DNA of 64,000 bases from Clostridiales bacterium (lineage in GTDB: Bacteria; Bacillota; Clostridia; Oscillospirales; Acutalibacteraceae): the NCBI GenBank assembly GCA_012523185.1, contig JAAYIY010000067.1, forward strand, positions 1,068 through 65,067, read 5' to 3'. The notes below the pieces were generated by a model. It saw only the letters and a list, made by a program, of their open reading frames with translations. It was not told the origin of the DNA and did no database searches. Each line of letters begins with the position of its first letter. Position 1 is the stretch's first letter. Of the stretch, positions 10,336-18,445 are shown in pieces. A program made the position numbers and the translations under genes.

Positions 10336-12564
10336 ATGGATAATTACGTTGGCAAAAGACTTGACGGCCGCTACGAGATTCAGGAAATAATCGGAGTGGG
10401 CGGCATGGCTGTCGTTTACAAGGCGTATGACAGCATTGACGACAGGATTGTCGCCGTCAAGATATTAAAGGAGGAATTCCTTGCAAACGAGGACTTCCGC
10501 CGCAGATTCAAAAACGAGTCAAAGGCCATCGCGGTGCTGTCCCATCCGAATGTCGTCAAAGTATATGATGTCAGCTACGGCGACAAGCTTCAGTATATTG
10601 TCATGGAATATGTCGAGGGGATAACACTTAAGGAATATATCGAGCAGCAAGGCAGGATAAACTGGAAAGAGTGCGTTTATTTTGTCACTCAGATATTGAG
10701 GTCTTTGCAGCATGCCCACGACAAGGGGATAGTCCACAGGGACATAAAGCCGCAAAACATCATACTACTGTCAAACGGGACGATAAAGGTCACGGACTTT
10801 GGAATAGCGCGCTTCAGCAGGAGCGAAACAAACACGATGACCGGCAATGCCATAGGCTCCGTTCACTACATAAGTCCGGAGCAGGCAAAGGGTGAAATAA
10901 CCGACAACAAGGCGGACATTTACTCTGTCGGCGTCGTTCTTTATGAGATGCTTGCGGGGCAGCTTCCTTTCCAAAGTGAAAATTCAGTGTCAGTCGCGCT
11001 GATGCAGCTCCAGTCAGAGGCAAAGCGCCCGCGTGAAATCAACCCTTCCATTCCTGTGGGGCTTGAGCAAATCACAATGAAAGCCATGCAAAAAAAGACA
11101 CGCGACAGATATCAATCAGCGGCGGAAATGCTGCTTGACATAGACGAATTCAAAAGAAATCCGTCCGTCAAGTTCAATTATGACTACTATGTTGACAACG
11201 AGCCGACAAGGTTTGTAAGCAAGACGGACTCGCCGACGTCACAGATGCCGATTGCCCCGCCAAGGGAGCGGGTCGAGGAGCCTGACGACGAATATTACGA
11301 CGACGACGACAGAAACAAAACGCTCCCGATAATCGCGGGAGTCGGCGGCGGCTTGCTTGTGCTTGTTGCCATCATAATAGGCATTGCCATTGCCTCGGGC
11401 GTGTTTTCCGGCGGCAAGGTTTCAGTGCCCAACTTTGTGGGGAAAAACTATTATGACGAGATACTGAACAACGACGAATACAAATCTTTTAACATTATCG
11501 TTGACGACAGCTCCGAGCCGGACACATATGAAGCGGGCATAGTATATGACCAATCGCCCGCGGCAAGAGTAAAGATTAAGCAAAGTGAAACAATAACACT
11601 TTATATCCCCAAGGAAAGGGTGCAAGGCACAGTTCCCGATGTTTACGGGCTTGACTACTCGGAGGCAATCAGGATAATAGAGGGCAACAACCTCAAAGCA
11701 TCACTTGAGTATGAGGAAAACGACGCGTTCGACGCAAACAAGGTGATAAGATCAAGCCCCGAAAGGTTCGAGAAATGTTACGAGGGCTCAACAGTCATTC
11801 TTTACATTTCAAAGAACGGCGACTCATCCGAAATACCGGATATTGTCGGGTGGGACATCCAGACGGCTAAGGAGCTTATACGGTCGGTGGGGCTTTCGGT
11901 GAGCAGCGCCATAAAATACGAAAACAGCACGGAGGACAAAGATATCGTGACGGGCGTCGTCACATATAAGGTCGGCACATCCGTCCCAAAGGGCACGGAA
12001 ATTCAGCTGATAGCCAGCAACGGTATGCCGCCTTCATCCGACGCCGCCGTCAAATTTGTTCTGCCCGATGCGGGAGCGAGCAAATACGGCACCATCAAGG
12101 TTTTCCTTGACAACGTCCTTGTCGAAGAAAACTCAAATAAGACAGTTCTTCTGAACGGCTCGGAATACTCCATGAAGGTGACAAGCTCCGACGCTTCAAA
12201 GGCGCTTGTTGTGCTTATAGACGACATAAAGATTTTCGACTGCGTAATCGACTTTACAGTTTCGCCCGCCAAGGTTTCAAAAGAAACAACACACGACTAT
12301 TTCGAGAACGGCAATTCGTTGTTTGAAAGAGCTTATTTGCCCGATGTCACAGGAATGTTTTATGATCAGGCGTGCAAAAAGCTGGCTGATGCCGGTTTCT
12401 CATATATTGAGCCGCAATACATCACAGTCAAGGACTCCGCAAAGGATATGATTGTCAAGGAGCAAAGCCCCACAAGCAAATCTCTGACAAGATACCCGCT
12501 TGACACATCTATAGTCCTCACTGTTTATTCCTACGAATCCGACGAACCCGAAGAGGAGCAATAA
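10336..12564 (+). CDS. prkC: Ser/Thr protein kinase with extracellular PASTA repeats
   Basis: Kinase motifs GVGGMAVVYKA, HRDIKPQN, DFGIA and SPEQ. A TM segment follows, then repeated PASTA-like units (VPNFVGK, VPDVYGL, IPDIVGW, LPDVTGM). Confidence 0.93.
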   Translation: MDNYVGKRLDGRYEIQEIIGVGGMAVVYKAYDSIDDRIVAVKILKEEFLANEDFRRRFKNESKAIAVLSHPNVVKVYDVSYGDKLQYIVMEYVEGITLKEYIEQQGRINWKECVYFVTQILRSLQHAHDKGIVHRDIKPQNIILLSNGTIKVTDFGIARFSRSETNTMTGNAIGSVHYISPEQAKGEITDNKADIYSVGVVLYEMLAGQLPFQSENSVSVALMQLQSEAKRPREINPSIPVGLEQITMKAMQKKTRDRYQSAAEMLLDIDEFKRNPSVKFNYDYYVDNEPTRFVSKTDSPTSQMPIAPPRERVEEPDDEYYDDDDRNKTLPIIAGVGGGLLVLVAIIIGIAIASGVFSGGKVSVPNFVGKNYYDEILNNDEYKSFNIIVDDSSEPDTYEAGIVYDQSPAARVKIKQSETITLYIPKERVQGTVPDVYGLDYSEAIRIIEGNNLKASLEYEENDAFDANKVIRSSPERFEKCYEGSTVILYISKNGDSSEIPDIVGWDIQTAKELIRSVGLSVSSAIKYENSTEDKDIVTGVVTYKVGTSVPKGTEIQLIASNGMPPSSDAAVKFVLPDAGASKYGTIKVFLDNVLVEENSNKTVLLNGSEYSMKVTSSDASKALVVLIDDIKIFDCVIDFTVSPAKVSKETTHDYFENGNSLFERAYLPDVTGMFYDQACKKLADAGFSYIEPQYITVKDSAKDMIVKEQSPTSKSLTRYPLDTSIVLTVYSYESDEPEEEQ

Positions 12565-13458
12565 ATGCGGATTGACGGAGTGATTTTAAAAGGAATAGGC
12601 GGCTTTTACTATGTGGAGGCCGCCGGGGATGTTTATGAATGCAGGGCAAAGGGCCTTTTTCGCAAGGAGGGAATCACGCCGTTTGCGGGCGACCGCGTTG
12701 TCATAACAATCGGTGAAAAAGGCGCGGAAAACATAATATCAGAAATCCATGAACGAAAAAACCTGCTCAAAAGACCGCCTGTCGCCAATGTCGACAGGCT
12801 GTTTGTTGTCGCATCCATACGCGAGCCGCTCCCTAACCTGACAGTCATCGACAGGCTTTGCGCCGCCGCCGAATTTAAAGATATCGAACCTGTCGTCGTC
12901 GTCGCGAAATCAGATTTGGGCGATGTTTCGGAAATTTTCGGGATTTACTCCTTGGCGGGGATAAAGACAATTGCCGTTTCCGCTGTCACAGGCGAAAACA
13001 TTCAGTCCCTCAAGGATGAGCTGTCAGGCCACATAAGCGCGTTTGCCGGCAATTCCGGTGTCGGCAAATCAACTCTTTTAAACAGCATAGACAGCCGCTT
13101 AAGGCTTGAAACGGCAGAAATAAGCCGCAAGCTTGGCAGGGGCAGACACACGACAAGACATGTGGAGCTTTTCAAGGTGGAGGGCGGATATGTCGCCGAC
13201 ACACCGGGGTTTTCATCCTTTGACACAGACACGGGCGACGGCGATTTTATATCAAAAGACAACCTCCAGTTTTGCTTCAAAGAGTTTAAGCCACACATCG
13301 GAAAATGCCGTTATTCAACCTGCGCACACGTCAACGACAGCGGCTGTAAAATCATTGAAGCTGTTGAGGCGGGTCAGATAAGCGTTTCAAGACACCAAAG
13401 CTATGTGACGATTTACAATGAAGTCAAAGCCGTTAAGGACTGGCAGATACAAAAGTAA
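12565..13458 (+). CDS. rsgA: Ribosome small-subunit-dependent GTPase A
   Basis: Circularly permuted GTPase (VVAKSDL, GNSGVGKSTLLN, DTPGF) and a C-terminal zinc knuckle C..C.H....C. Directly abuts the prkC stop. Confidence 0.93.
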   Translation: MRIDGVILKGIGGFYYVEAAGDVYECRAKGLFRKEGITPFAGDRVVITIGEKGAENIISEIHERKNLLKRPPVANVDRLFVVASIREPLPNLTVIDRLCAAAEFKDIEPVVVVAKSDLGDVSEIFGIYSLAGIKTIAVSAVTGENIQSLKDELSGHISAFAGNSGVGKSTLLNSIDSRLRLETAEISRKLGRGRHTTRHVELFKVEGGYVADTPGFSSFDTDTGDGDFISKDNLQFCFKEFKPHIGKCRYSTCAHVNDSGCKIIEAVEAGQISVSRHQSYVTIYNEVKAVKDWQIQK

Positions 13459-13540
13459 AATTTAAAACTATATATCTTTCACAAATGAGCGCCGTGCCGT
13501 GTATAATATAATGATAATGTAACAGGGACGGTGCGTTTTC

Positions 13541-13720
13541 ATGTTCGGGTGCGGTTGCTGCGGATATAAATGCGGAGGAAAAAACGGCTGTGCCGGGCTG
13601 ATGATAGCATCGTTCGGCGCGGGACTGATAGCGGCTCATATGATACCTTATTCCGTTATCGCGGTTATTGCCGCCGCCGCGCTGATTGTCGCGGGTATAA
13701 TTATCTGTAAAAACTGTTAA
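13541..13720 (+). CDS. Small Cys-rich membrane peptide (59 aa), hypothetical
   Basis: ATG 13541 to TAA 13718-13720. Translation is MFGCGCCGYKCGGKNGCAGLMIASFGAGLIAAHMIPYSVIAVIAAAALIVAGIIICKNC, with two hydrophobic segments. It is below the 60-aa ORF-track cutoff. Confidence 0.35.
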   Translation: MFGCGCCGYKCGGKNGCAGLMIASFGAGLIAAHMIPYSVIAVIAAAALIVAGIIICKNC

Positions 13721-13739
13721 GAAAGGGTTGGTAATAACA

Positions 13740-13826
13740 ATGAAGATAGTTGTTGTACGCAGTCCTAAGGCGCTCAGGGGCTTGCTGAGGATTTTGTTCA
13801 GAATCAAAAAGGAAGAAGCTCTGTAA
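13740..13826 (+). CDS. spoVM: Stage V sporulation protein M-like peptide (28 aa)
   Basis: MKIVVVRSPKALRGLLRILFRIKKEEAL has the same length class and amphipathic pattern as SpoVM (B. subtilis MKFYTIKLPKFLGGIVRAMLGSFRKD). It lies downstream of prkC-rsgA, as in B. subtilis. Confidence 0.55.
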   Translation: MKIVVVRSPKALRGLLRILFRIKKEEAL

Positions 13827-14095
13827 ACCGCAAGATTCACCGCTGTAAAAAGCCGCCGAAGCCCCGATTTGACGAGGTTTCGGCGGTCATGCATTTTACG
13901 AGTTAACTCCCAAATCAAGCGCAACAGTTTAAGCGTCAGTTGAGTATAATCGTAAAAACGGCGGACAAGCTTTCCGAGCTTTATTTGCTGTTTTTCATCC
14001 GCGGCTTTTCTGTTGGAATCAAAATGTTCAAAGTACGGCAAAAGACCGAACAATTCGCCTATCATGATGATAGCGGAACAGTTCGGATTCGGATA

Positions 14096-14224
14096 GTGAA
14101 ATATTCGACTTGCGCCGAATGTGAAATATCTTGCTAAATCAAAATGTGAAATGGAATAAATCCACCCACGCCCGCAGGCATTTCACGCGCCACAGGCGTA
14201 TTTCACGCGGCAAGCGCATTTCAC
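14096..14224. repeat. Array of GTGAAAT heptamers: 3 forward, 3 inverted
   Basis: GTGAAAT at 14096, 14121 and 14146 (exact 25-nt spacing). ATTTCAC at 14180, 14200 and 14218, embedded in ~19-nt direct repeats CAGGC(R)TATTTCACGCG. Confidence 0.6.
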
Positions 14225-14249
14225 AAATCCGATAGGATTTATTTCGTTG

Positions 14250-14288
14250 AAAAAACGGCAAAGTTCTGCTGAACTTTGCCGTTTTTTC
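14250..14288. terminator. Bidirectional rho-independent terminator
   Basis: AAAAAA-ACGGCAAAGTTC-tgct-GAACTTTGCCGT-TTTTTT: a perfect 12-bp stem flanked by an A-run and a T-run. It is the first strong terminator downstream of gajB on the minus strand. Confidence 0.8.
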
Positions 14289-14334
14289 TGGCAATAGACG
14301 TCGGTTCTAATATTATTTCACAGACTAGCCTTTG

Positions 14335-14435
14335 CCCGAATCGGCGGTTTCAAAGCGGGGGTAGTCCGTGTTTCTGTATGCAACCGGGGTTGCATACAGG
14401 TTGTCTAAGGTTCAGACCCTGCTTGTCCGATCGGG
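14335..14435. repeat. ~100-bp nested imperfect palindrome (possible structured 3' UTR or recombination site)
   Basis: Outer arms are CCCGAATCGG (14335-14344) and CCGATCGGG (14427-14435). The centre is a perfect 12+12 palindrome, CTGTATGCAACC-gg-GGTTGCATACAG (14374-14399). Confidence 0.55.
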
Positions 14436-14499
14436 AATAAAGTTAACTCATTATCAAGTGTCGTGATTTGGAAATAATACCTGAATTTTAGCGATGAAA

Positions 14500-16392
14500 T
14501 TATACAATTATTTCATATTGAACATCTTTTCCGATTAACGCTTTACTTATATTACTTTGGTCAAAGTCACTCGGCAAATGAATATATAAATCTTCCTTTG
14601 CTCGACTACAGGCTACATAATACATACGCATAAATTCATCGGCAGGTTCCTCATTTAATATTTGCGGATTTGTATACACGGCGGGCAATTTAATTTTATC
14701 AAAATTATTAGGTGTAACACTAACAATGACCTTACTCCACTCTAAACCTTTAGACTGGTGAACAGTCATATACTTGCTTTCGGGTGAGAATACTTCTGTG
14801 AACAGCTTGTAGGATGTCGTCCATGTTAGGGATGAAAGGTTGTCAATGAACTGTTGACTTTTTTTGCTATCGCTCTCCAAATCATACTCATCAAAAATGG
14901 GGACAATAAAATCTTCGCCCAATAATTTCGATTTTAAATCCAAATAAACCATCTCGCCGAGCTTGTTATTAAATTGCTTGATAACTTCGACTGTAAAGGA
15001 CGTATCAGTTAGATTCGCAAATACCTCTTTACCAAGAGATATAATTTGACGCATTGTAGAGAAATTCAACTTCTTCCTATCAATGTCAATATATAATTTG
15101 AGTGCGTTTAAAGCATCTACAAATGAGCTAGTTAAATATGCTTCATACATACGGAATATAAAGCGAAAAGCACGAACCCATGTTACATTATTCATTTCAA
15201 CTATTTCAGCACGAATGTCTATTGGAGAACTATAATAAGAATTATAAATCGCCGTTAATAATTTTACCTGACTTTCTTCGACTCCTTGCATATATGCGAA
15301 AGCTTTCGCCCAAGCACGAGTCAAAACAACACCGCCGTCTTGCAAGACAGCCGAAATAGTTTCTTTTGTTGCATTTGAATCGCCTAATAAAAAGTGTACT
15401 TTCTTTAACTCTAAATCCGTACGGATTGATGTTTGATGTACATTGGTATCCGATTGACGTAGAAAATTGCAAAAATTTACAATATTGGCGTTTGAGCGTC
15501 GATTACCGTTAATTACATATTCCGCTAACGGTCTACTTCCATCAACTGTGAAATTATTAAACTGTGATGGTTTTGCCCCTTGAAAACTATATATTGACTG
15601 TGCCACATCTCCAATTATGCCGATAACAGTAGACTTTTCTCCAATTAGTTTTAGTAGCAATGTTTGTAGCGGGTTTGTATCTTGAAACTCATCAACAAAT
15701 ATAAAAGGAAATTTAACCCGCAGAGCATACAATGCTGTGGGATTATTTTTAATAATTTGATACCCGAAGAACAGTATCTCATCATGTGTAAGCATCCTCA
15801 CAACAGACCATACATATTGCTTTATGGGCAACTTATGGTTAACATCAACTGACTTTGATTCTGTAAGCTTAATAGTGCCATCAAATGCAAAAGCCTCATT
15901 GTCGATTTGCACTTCACTCATCGTTTTTTTACTATAGGTTGGTTGAGCAGAGGTAGATGCTATATCAGTGATGTATTTATATATTTCATCTTTATCTCTG
16001 CCGTGCAAAATCCCTAAGCCTTCGACTTGCGATGTAATGGGAGCGTTGCCTGTTATCTCTATATTAAAGTATTTTTGAATCAAAACTCGAAGATCATTTT
16101 GAAACGGTTTAATTATATGTTCAATTATAAAACCGTGAATAGTATATGCTTCTACTGCATCAGAAAAGCGATCAAGACGTCGAACTATTTCTTCGACCGC
16201 TGCGTTGGTATAAGTAATGCAAAGCACCTTTCTTGCTCGACTATTCGCTACAAGCGGATTTATAGTTACAATGTTCTTCACATTCTCAACGAGAAAGTGT
16301 GTTTTGCCAGCTCCGGGTCCTGCGTAAACTTTAATATGACTTTGGAGTTGTTCGACAGTAAGTATATCACTGGAGTTTATTTCGATAGCCAT
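14500..16392 (-). CDS. gajB: UvrD/PcrA-like SF1 helicase, Gabija GajB-like
   Basis: Walker A AGPGAGKTH, VDEFQDTNPLQ, TVHQSKGLEW and YVACSRAKEDLYI. 16-nt overlap with the upstream OLD-family gene. Confidence 0.85.
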   Translation of the reverse strand: MAIEINSSDILTVEQLQSHIKVYAGPGAGKTHFLVENVKNIVTINPLVANSRARKVLCITYTNAAVEEIVRRLDRFSDAVEAYTIHGFIIEHIIKPFQNDLRVLIQKYFNIEITGNAPITSQVEGLGILHGRDKDEIYKYITDIASTSAQPTYSKKTMSEVQIDNEAFAFDGTIKLTESKSVDVNHKLPIKQYVWSVVRMLTHDEILFFGYQIIKNNPTALYALRVKFPFIFVDEFQDTNPLQTLLLKLIGEKSTVIGIIGDVAQSIYSFQGAKPSQFNNFTVDGSRPLAEYVINGNRRSNANIVNFCNFLRQSDTNVHQTSIRTDLELKKVHFLLGDSNATKETISAVLQDGGVVLTRAWAKAFAYMQGVEESQVKLLTAIYNSYYSSPIDIRAEIVEMNNVTWVRAFRFIFRMYEAYLTSSFVDALNALKLYIDIDRKKLNFSTMRQIISLGKEVFANLTDTSFTVEVIKQFNNKLGEMVYLDLKSKLLGEDFIVPIFDEYDLESDSKKSQQFIDNLSSLTWTTSYKLFTEVFSPESKYMTVHQSKGLEWSKVIVSVTPNNFDKIKLPAVYTNPQILNEEPADEFMRMYYVACSRAKEDLYIHLPSDFDQSNISKALIGKDVQYEIIV

Positions 16393-18386
16393 TCCAACCC
16401 CTCCTTGATGTATTTTGGTACGACAAGGGTTTTTGAGAGTTCGTCGTTTGTCAGTATATTAAGAGCAATATCGCCTTTACGATTACACGCATAGTGCAAA
16501 AATAGTTCCGCAAAAAATAGGCGCATATAATCGTCTTTGCGTTCGGCATCTTTAGAGATTGCTGCTTTAAATACATCAAGATGCATAGAAACAATGCTGT
16601 TTGCAGCAGAAGGGCGGTTGGAGTCCCAATCGTTAAAACTTAATTTGTATGCATCTAATAAACCTGAAATTGTTTCAGTCGCCACCAAACGCATCAGTTT
16701 TTCTGCTGTTACGCAATCAAGTATATTGGCAAGGAAAAGCTCATCCTCGAAAGTTCTCCCTCCCTCAGTTTGTGTAATAATGTGAAGGTTATCTATCGGA
16801 AACCTCTCAATGAGCTTCTTTATGTGAGGGGTTTCTGTGCCATTATAGCTTTTATAATCAGATAAAGTCCTTACGCCACCACTTTCTTTGATCCATTTAA
16901 AATCCCTGTCGGTTATGCAGAGCACTTTTTTCCTGACCGCATTTCCATTAAACAATTCAATAAAGTGTTCGAAATGCTTACCGCCTATTTCAACTATAGA
17001 AATGTGACCATCCTCATAGGAACCACCGACTTTTTCCATAAACATCGGCAGCAGTAATTTCTCTGCAATACCTTCGACTAAAATAACTTTATCGGCAAAA
17101 AGCATATCTGAACGTGTCACGTCAAGAAATTTTGTTAAATGATTCTTCGCTATCTGCTTATACTCATTCTTTTTTTCGTCTTTGTCCTCGAAATGTGATG
17201 CGAGGCTTTGCTGACAACAATCTGAACCACAATCATTACGTGAATAGTCAAGCATAAACATATTATCAATGCCCGCAACTGCTGAAATATTGCTTGAATG
17301 CGTAGTAACAAAAATTTGCTGATTTAATTTATCATCCTCATCTAATTCACTCAAAAACTTAAACAGCTTGTACTGCATGGCTGGGTGCAAATGCGCTTCC
17401 GGCTCTTCAAGACAAAGTATACGAAAATCTTTCCCTTTTCGAATTTCTGTCAGCTTAATTAACATATATATATTAATTAAATTATTATAACCCAACCCAT
17501 TGTAATTAAGAGGAACGACAAAATCGCCCTTTGTATCTCGTACATCTGTAACATAGGCATCGGCAATACTGACGGTTGGACGCATATTTTGATATATAGA
17601 CACATTTCCTCTATGCAAACCAATTTCATTATTCTCGTTTTCAAAAAGTGTCGACATCCGAGTTAAAGCTGGCTCAAAAAGTCCCTTCATATCTTCAGCT
17701 AATTTATTTTTAAGATCTTGAATTTTTAACGTATTGTTTTGATCTTTTGCGAATGCATCAATTTCACGCTTTGTTTCTTTATAAACATTTTCGCTGGTTC
17801 GTTCTGCCTCAATAAAGCGAATGTCAAAAATGCCCGTGGCTTCTTTTTTGTCTGCTTCGGTCTTACTGACGCTATTTGTAAATTTCCATGTATATCGATC
17901 GAGGAATGTTTCCAAAGTCGAAATGTAGCCATCGAGCGAATCAACATCATTTATAGCTTTTAAGTAATCTGCTGTTGCTTTGCTCTCCAGTGAGAAGGTC
18001 ATTTTTACACAAGCGGTAAGATTATAAATTGAATTACCATTTTCTTCTTGTCTTGCATCTTCCATATTTTTCATTCCGAGAAATGGTACAAGTTTTATAA
18101 TGCTCTCATCTTCAGTATCGTCTTCTGATATTTCATGGGATATTTCGTATTCAATTTCAATTTTCGGTGGCTCCTTGAGGTATTTACTTGAATAGGCTGA
18201 GAGATTGTTTTTATTAAAATCATGTATAGAAATTCGAGTCGGATCGCTTAATAAGCGTATTGCATAAAGCAATCCTGTCTTACCTGAGTTATTAGAGCCA
18301 ATGATTACATTTAGTCCTTTTCGGAATTCCATTGAAAAATCACTGAAATTTCTGTAGTTTTGAATTTTAATTTTTCTAATATACAT
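16377..18386 (-). CDS. gajA: OLD-family ATPase + TOPRIM nuclease, Gabija GajA-like
   Basis: N-terminus MYIRKIKIQNYRNF...GSNNSGKTG (ABC-type ATPase), Walker B ILCLEEPEAHLHP, and TOPRIM VILVEGIAEKLLLP plus LCITDRD. ATG 18386 lies 6 nt after AGGAGG. Pairing with a UvrD-like helicase indicates class 2 OLD, i.e. Gabija. Confidence 0.85.
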   Translation of the reverse strand: MYIRKIKIQNYRNFSDFSMEFRKGLNVIIGSNNSGKTGLLYAIRLLSDPTRISIHDFNKNNLSAYSSKYLKEPPKIEIEYEISHEISEDDTEDESIIKLVPFLGMKNMEDARQEENGNSIYNLTACVKMTFSLESKATADYLKAINDVDSLDGYISTLETFLDRYTWKFTNSVSKTEADKKEATGIFDIRFIEAERTSENVYKETKREIDAFAKDQNNTLKIQDLKNKLAEDMKGLFEPALTRMSTLFENENNEIGLHRGNVSIYQNMRPTVSIADAYVTDVRDTKGDFVVPLNYNGLGYNNLINIYMLIKLTEIRKGKDFRILCLEEPEAHLHPAMQYKLFKFLSELDEDDKLNQQIFVTTHSSNISAVAGIDNMFMLDYSRNDCGSDCCQQSLASHFEDKDEKKNEYKQIAKNHLTKFLDVTRSDMLFADKVILVEGIAEKLLLPMFMEKVGGSYEDGHISIVEIGGKHFEHFIELFNGNAVRKKVLCITDRDFKWIKESGGVRTLSDYKSYNGTETPHIKKLIERFPIDNLHIITQTEGGRTFEDELFLANILDCVTAEKLMRLVATETISGLLDAYKLSFNDWDSNRPSAANSIVSMHLDVFKAAISKDAERKDDYMRLFFAELFLHYACNRKGDIALNILTNDELSKTLVVPKYIKEGLEWLSK

Positions 18387-18445
18387 GATGTTCCTCCTGC
18401 GCCTTGCCCTCATACTGCTTCTTTTATGGCTTACTTGTGAGAACT

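Noticed and set aside
13433-14065. 210-aa minus-strand ORF, briefly considered as a transposase remnant or real gene.
   Set aside because: It overlaps the rsgA 3' end and is antisense to the SpoVM-like and Cys-rich peptide ORFs. Its C-terminal half is low-complexity-looking, and I recognise no DDE or other transposase motif.
14374-14399. The hairpin as group II intron domain V, or as a retron msr/msd.
   Set aside because: The perfect 12-bp palindrome lacks the domain V bulge and GNRA loop. No reverse transcriptase or intron ORF is in the vicinity.
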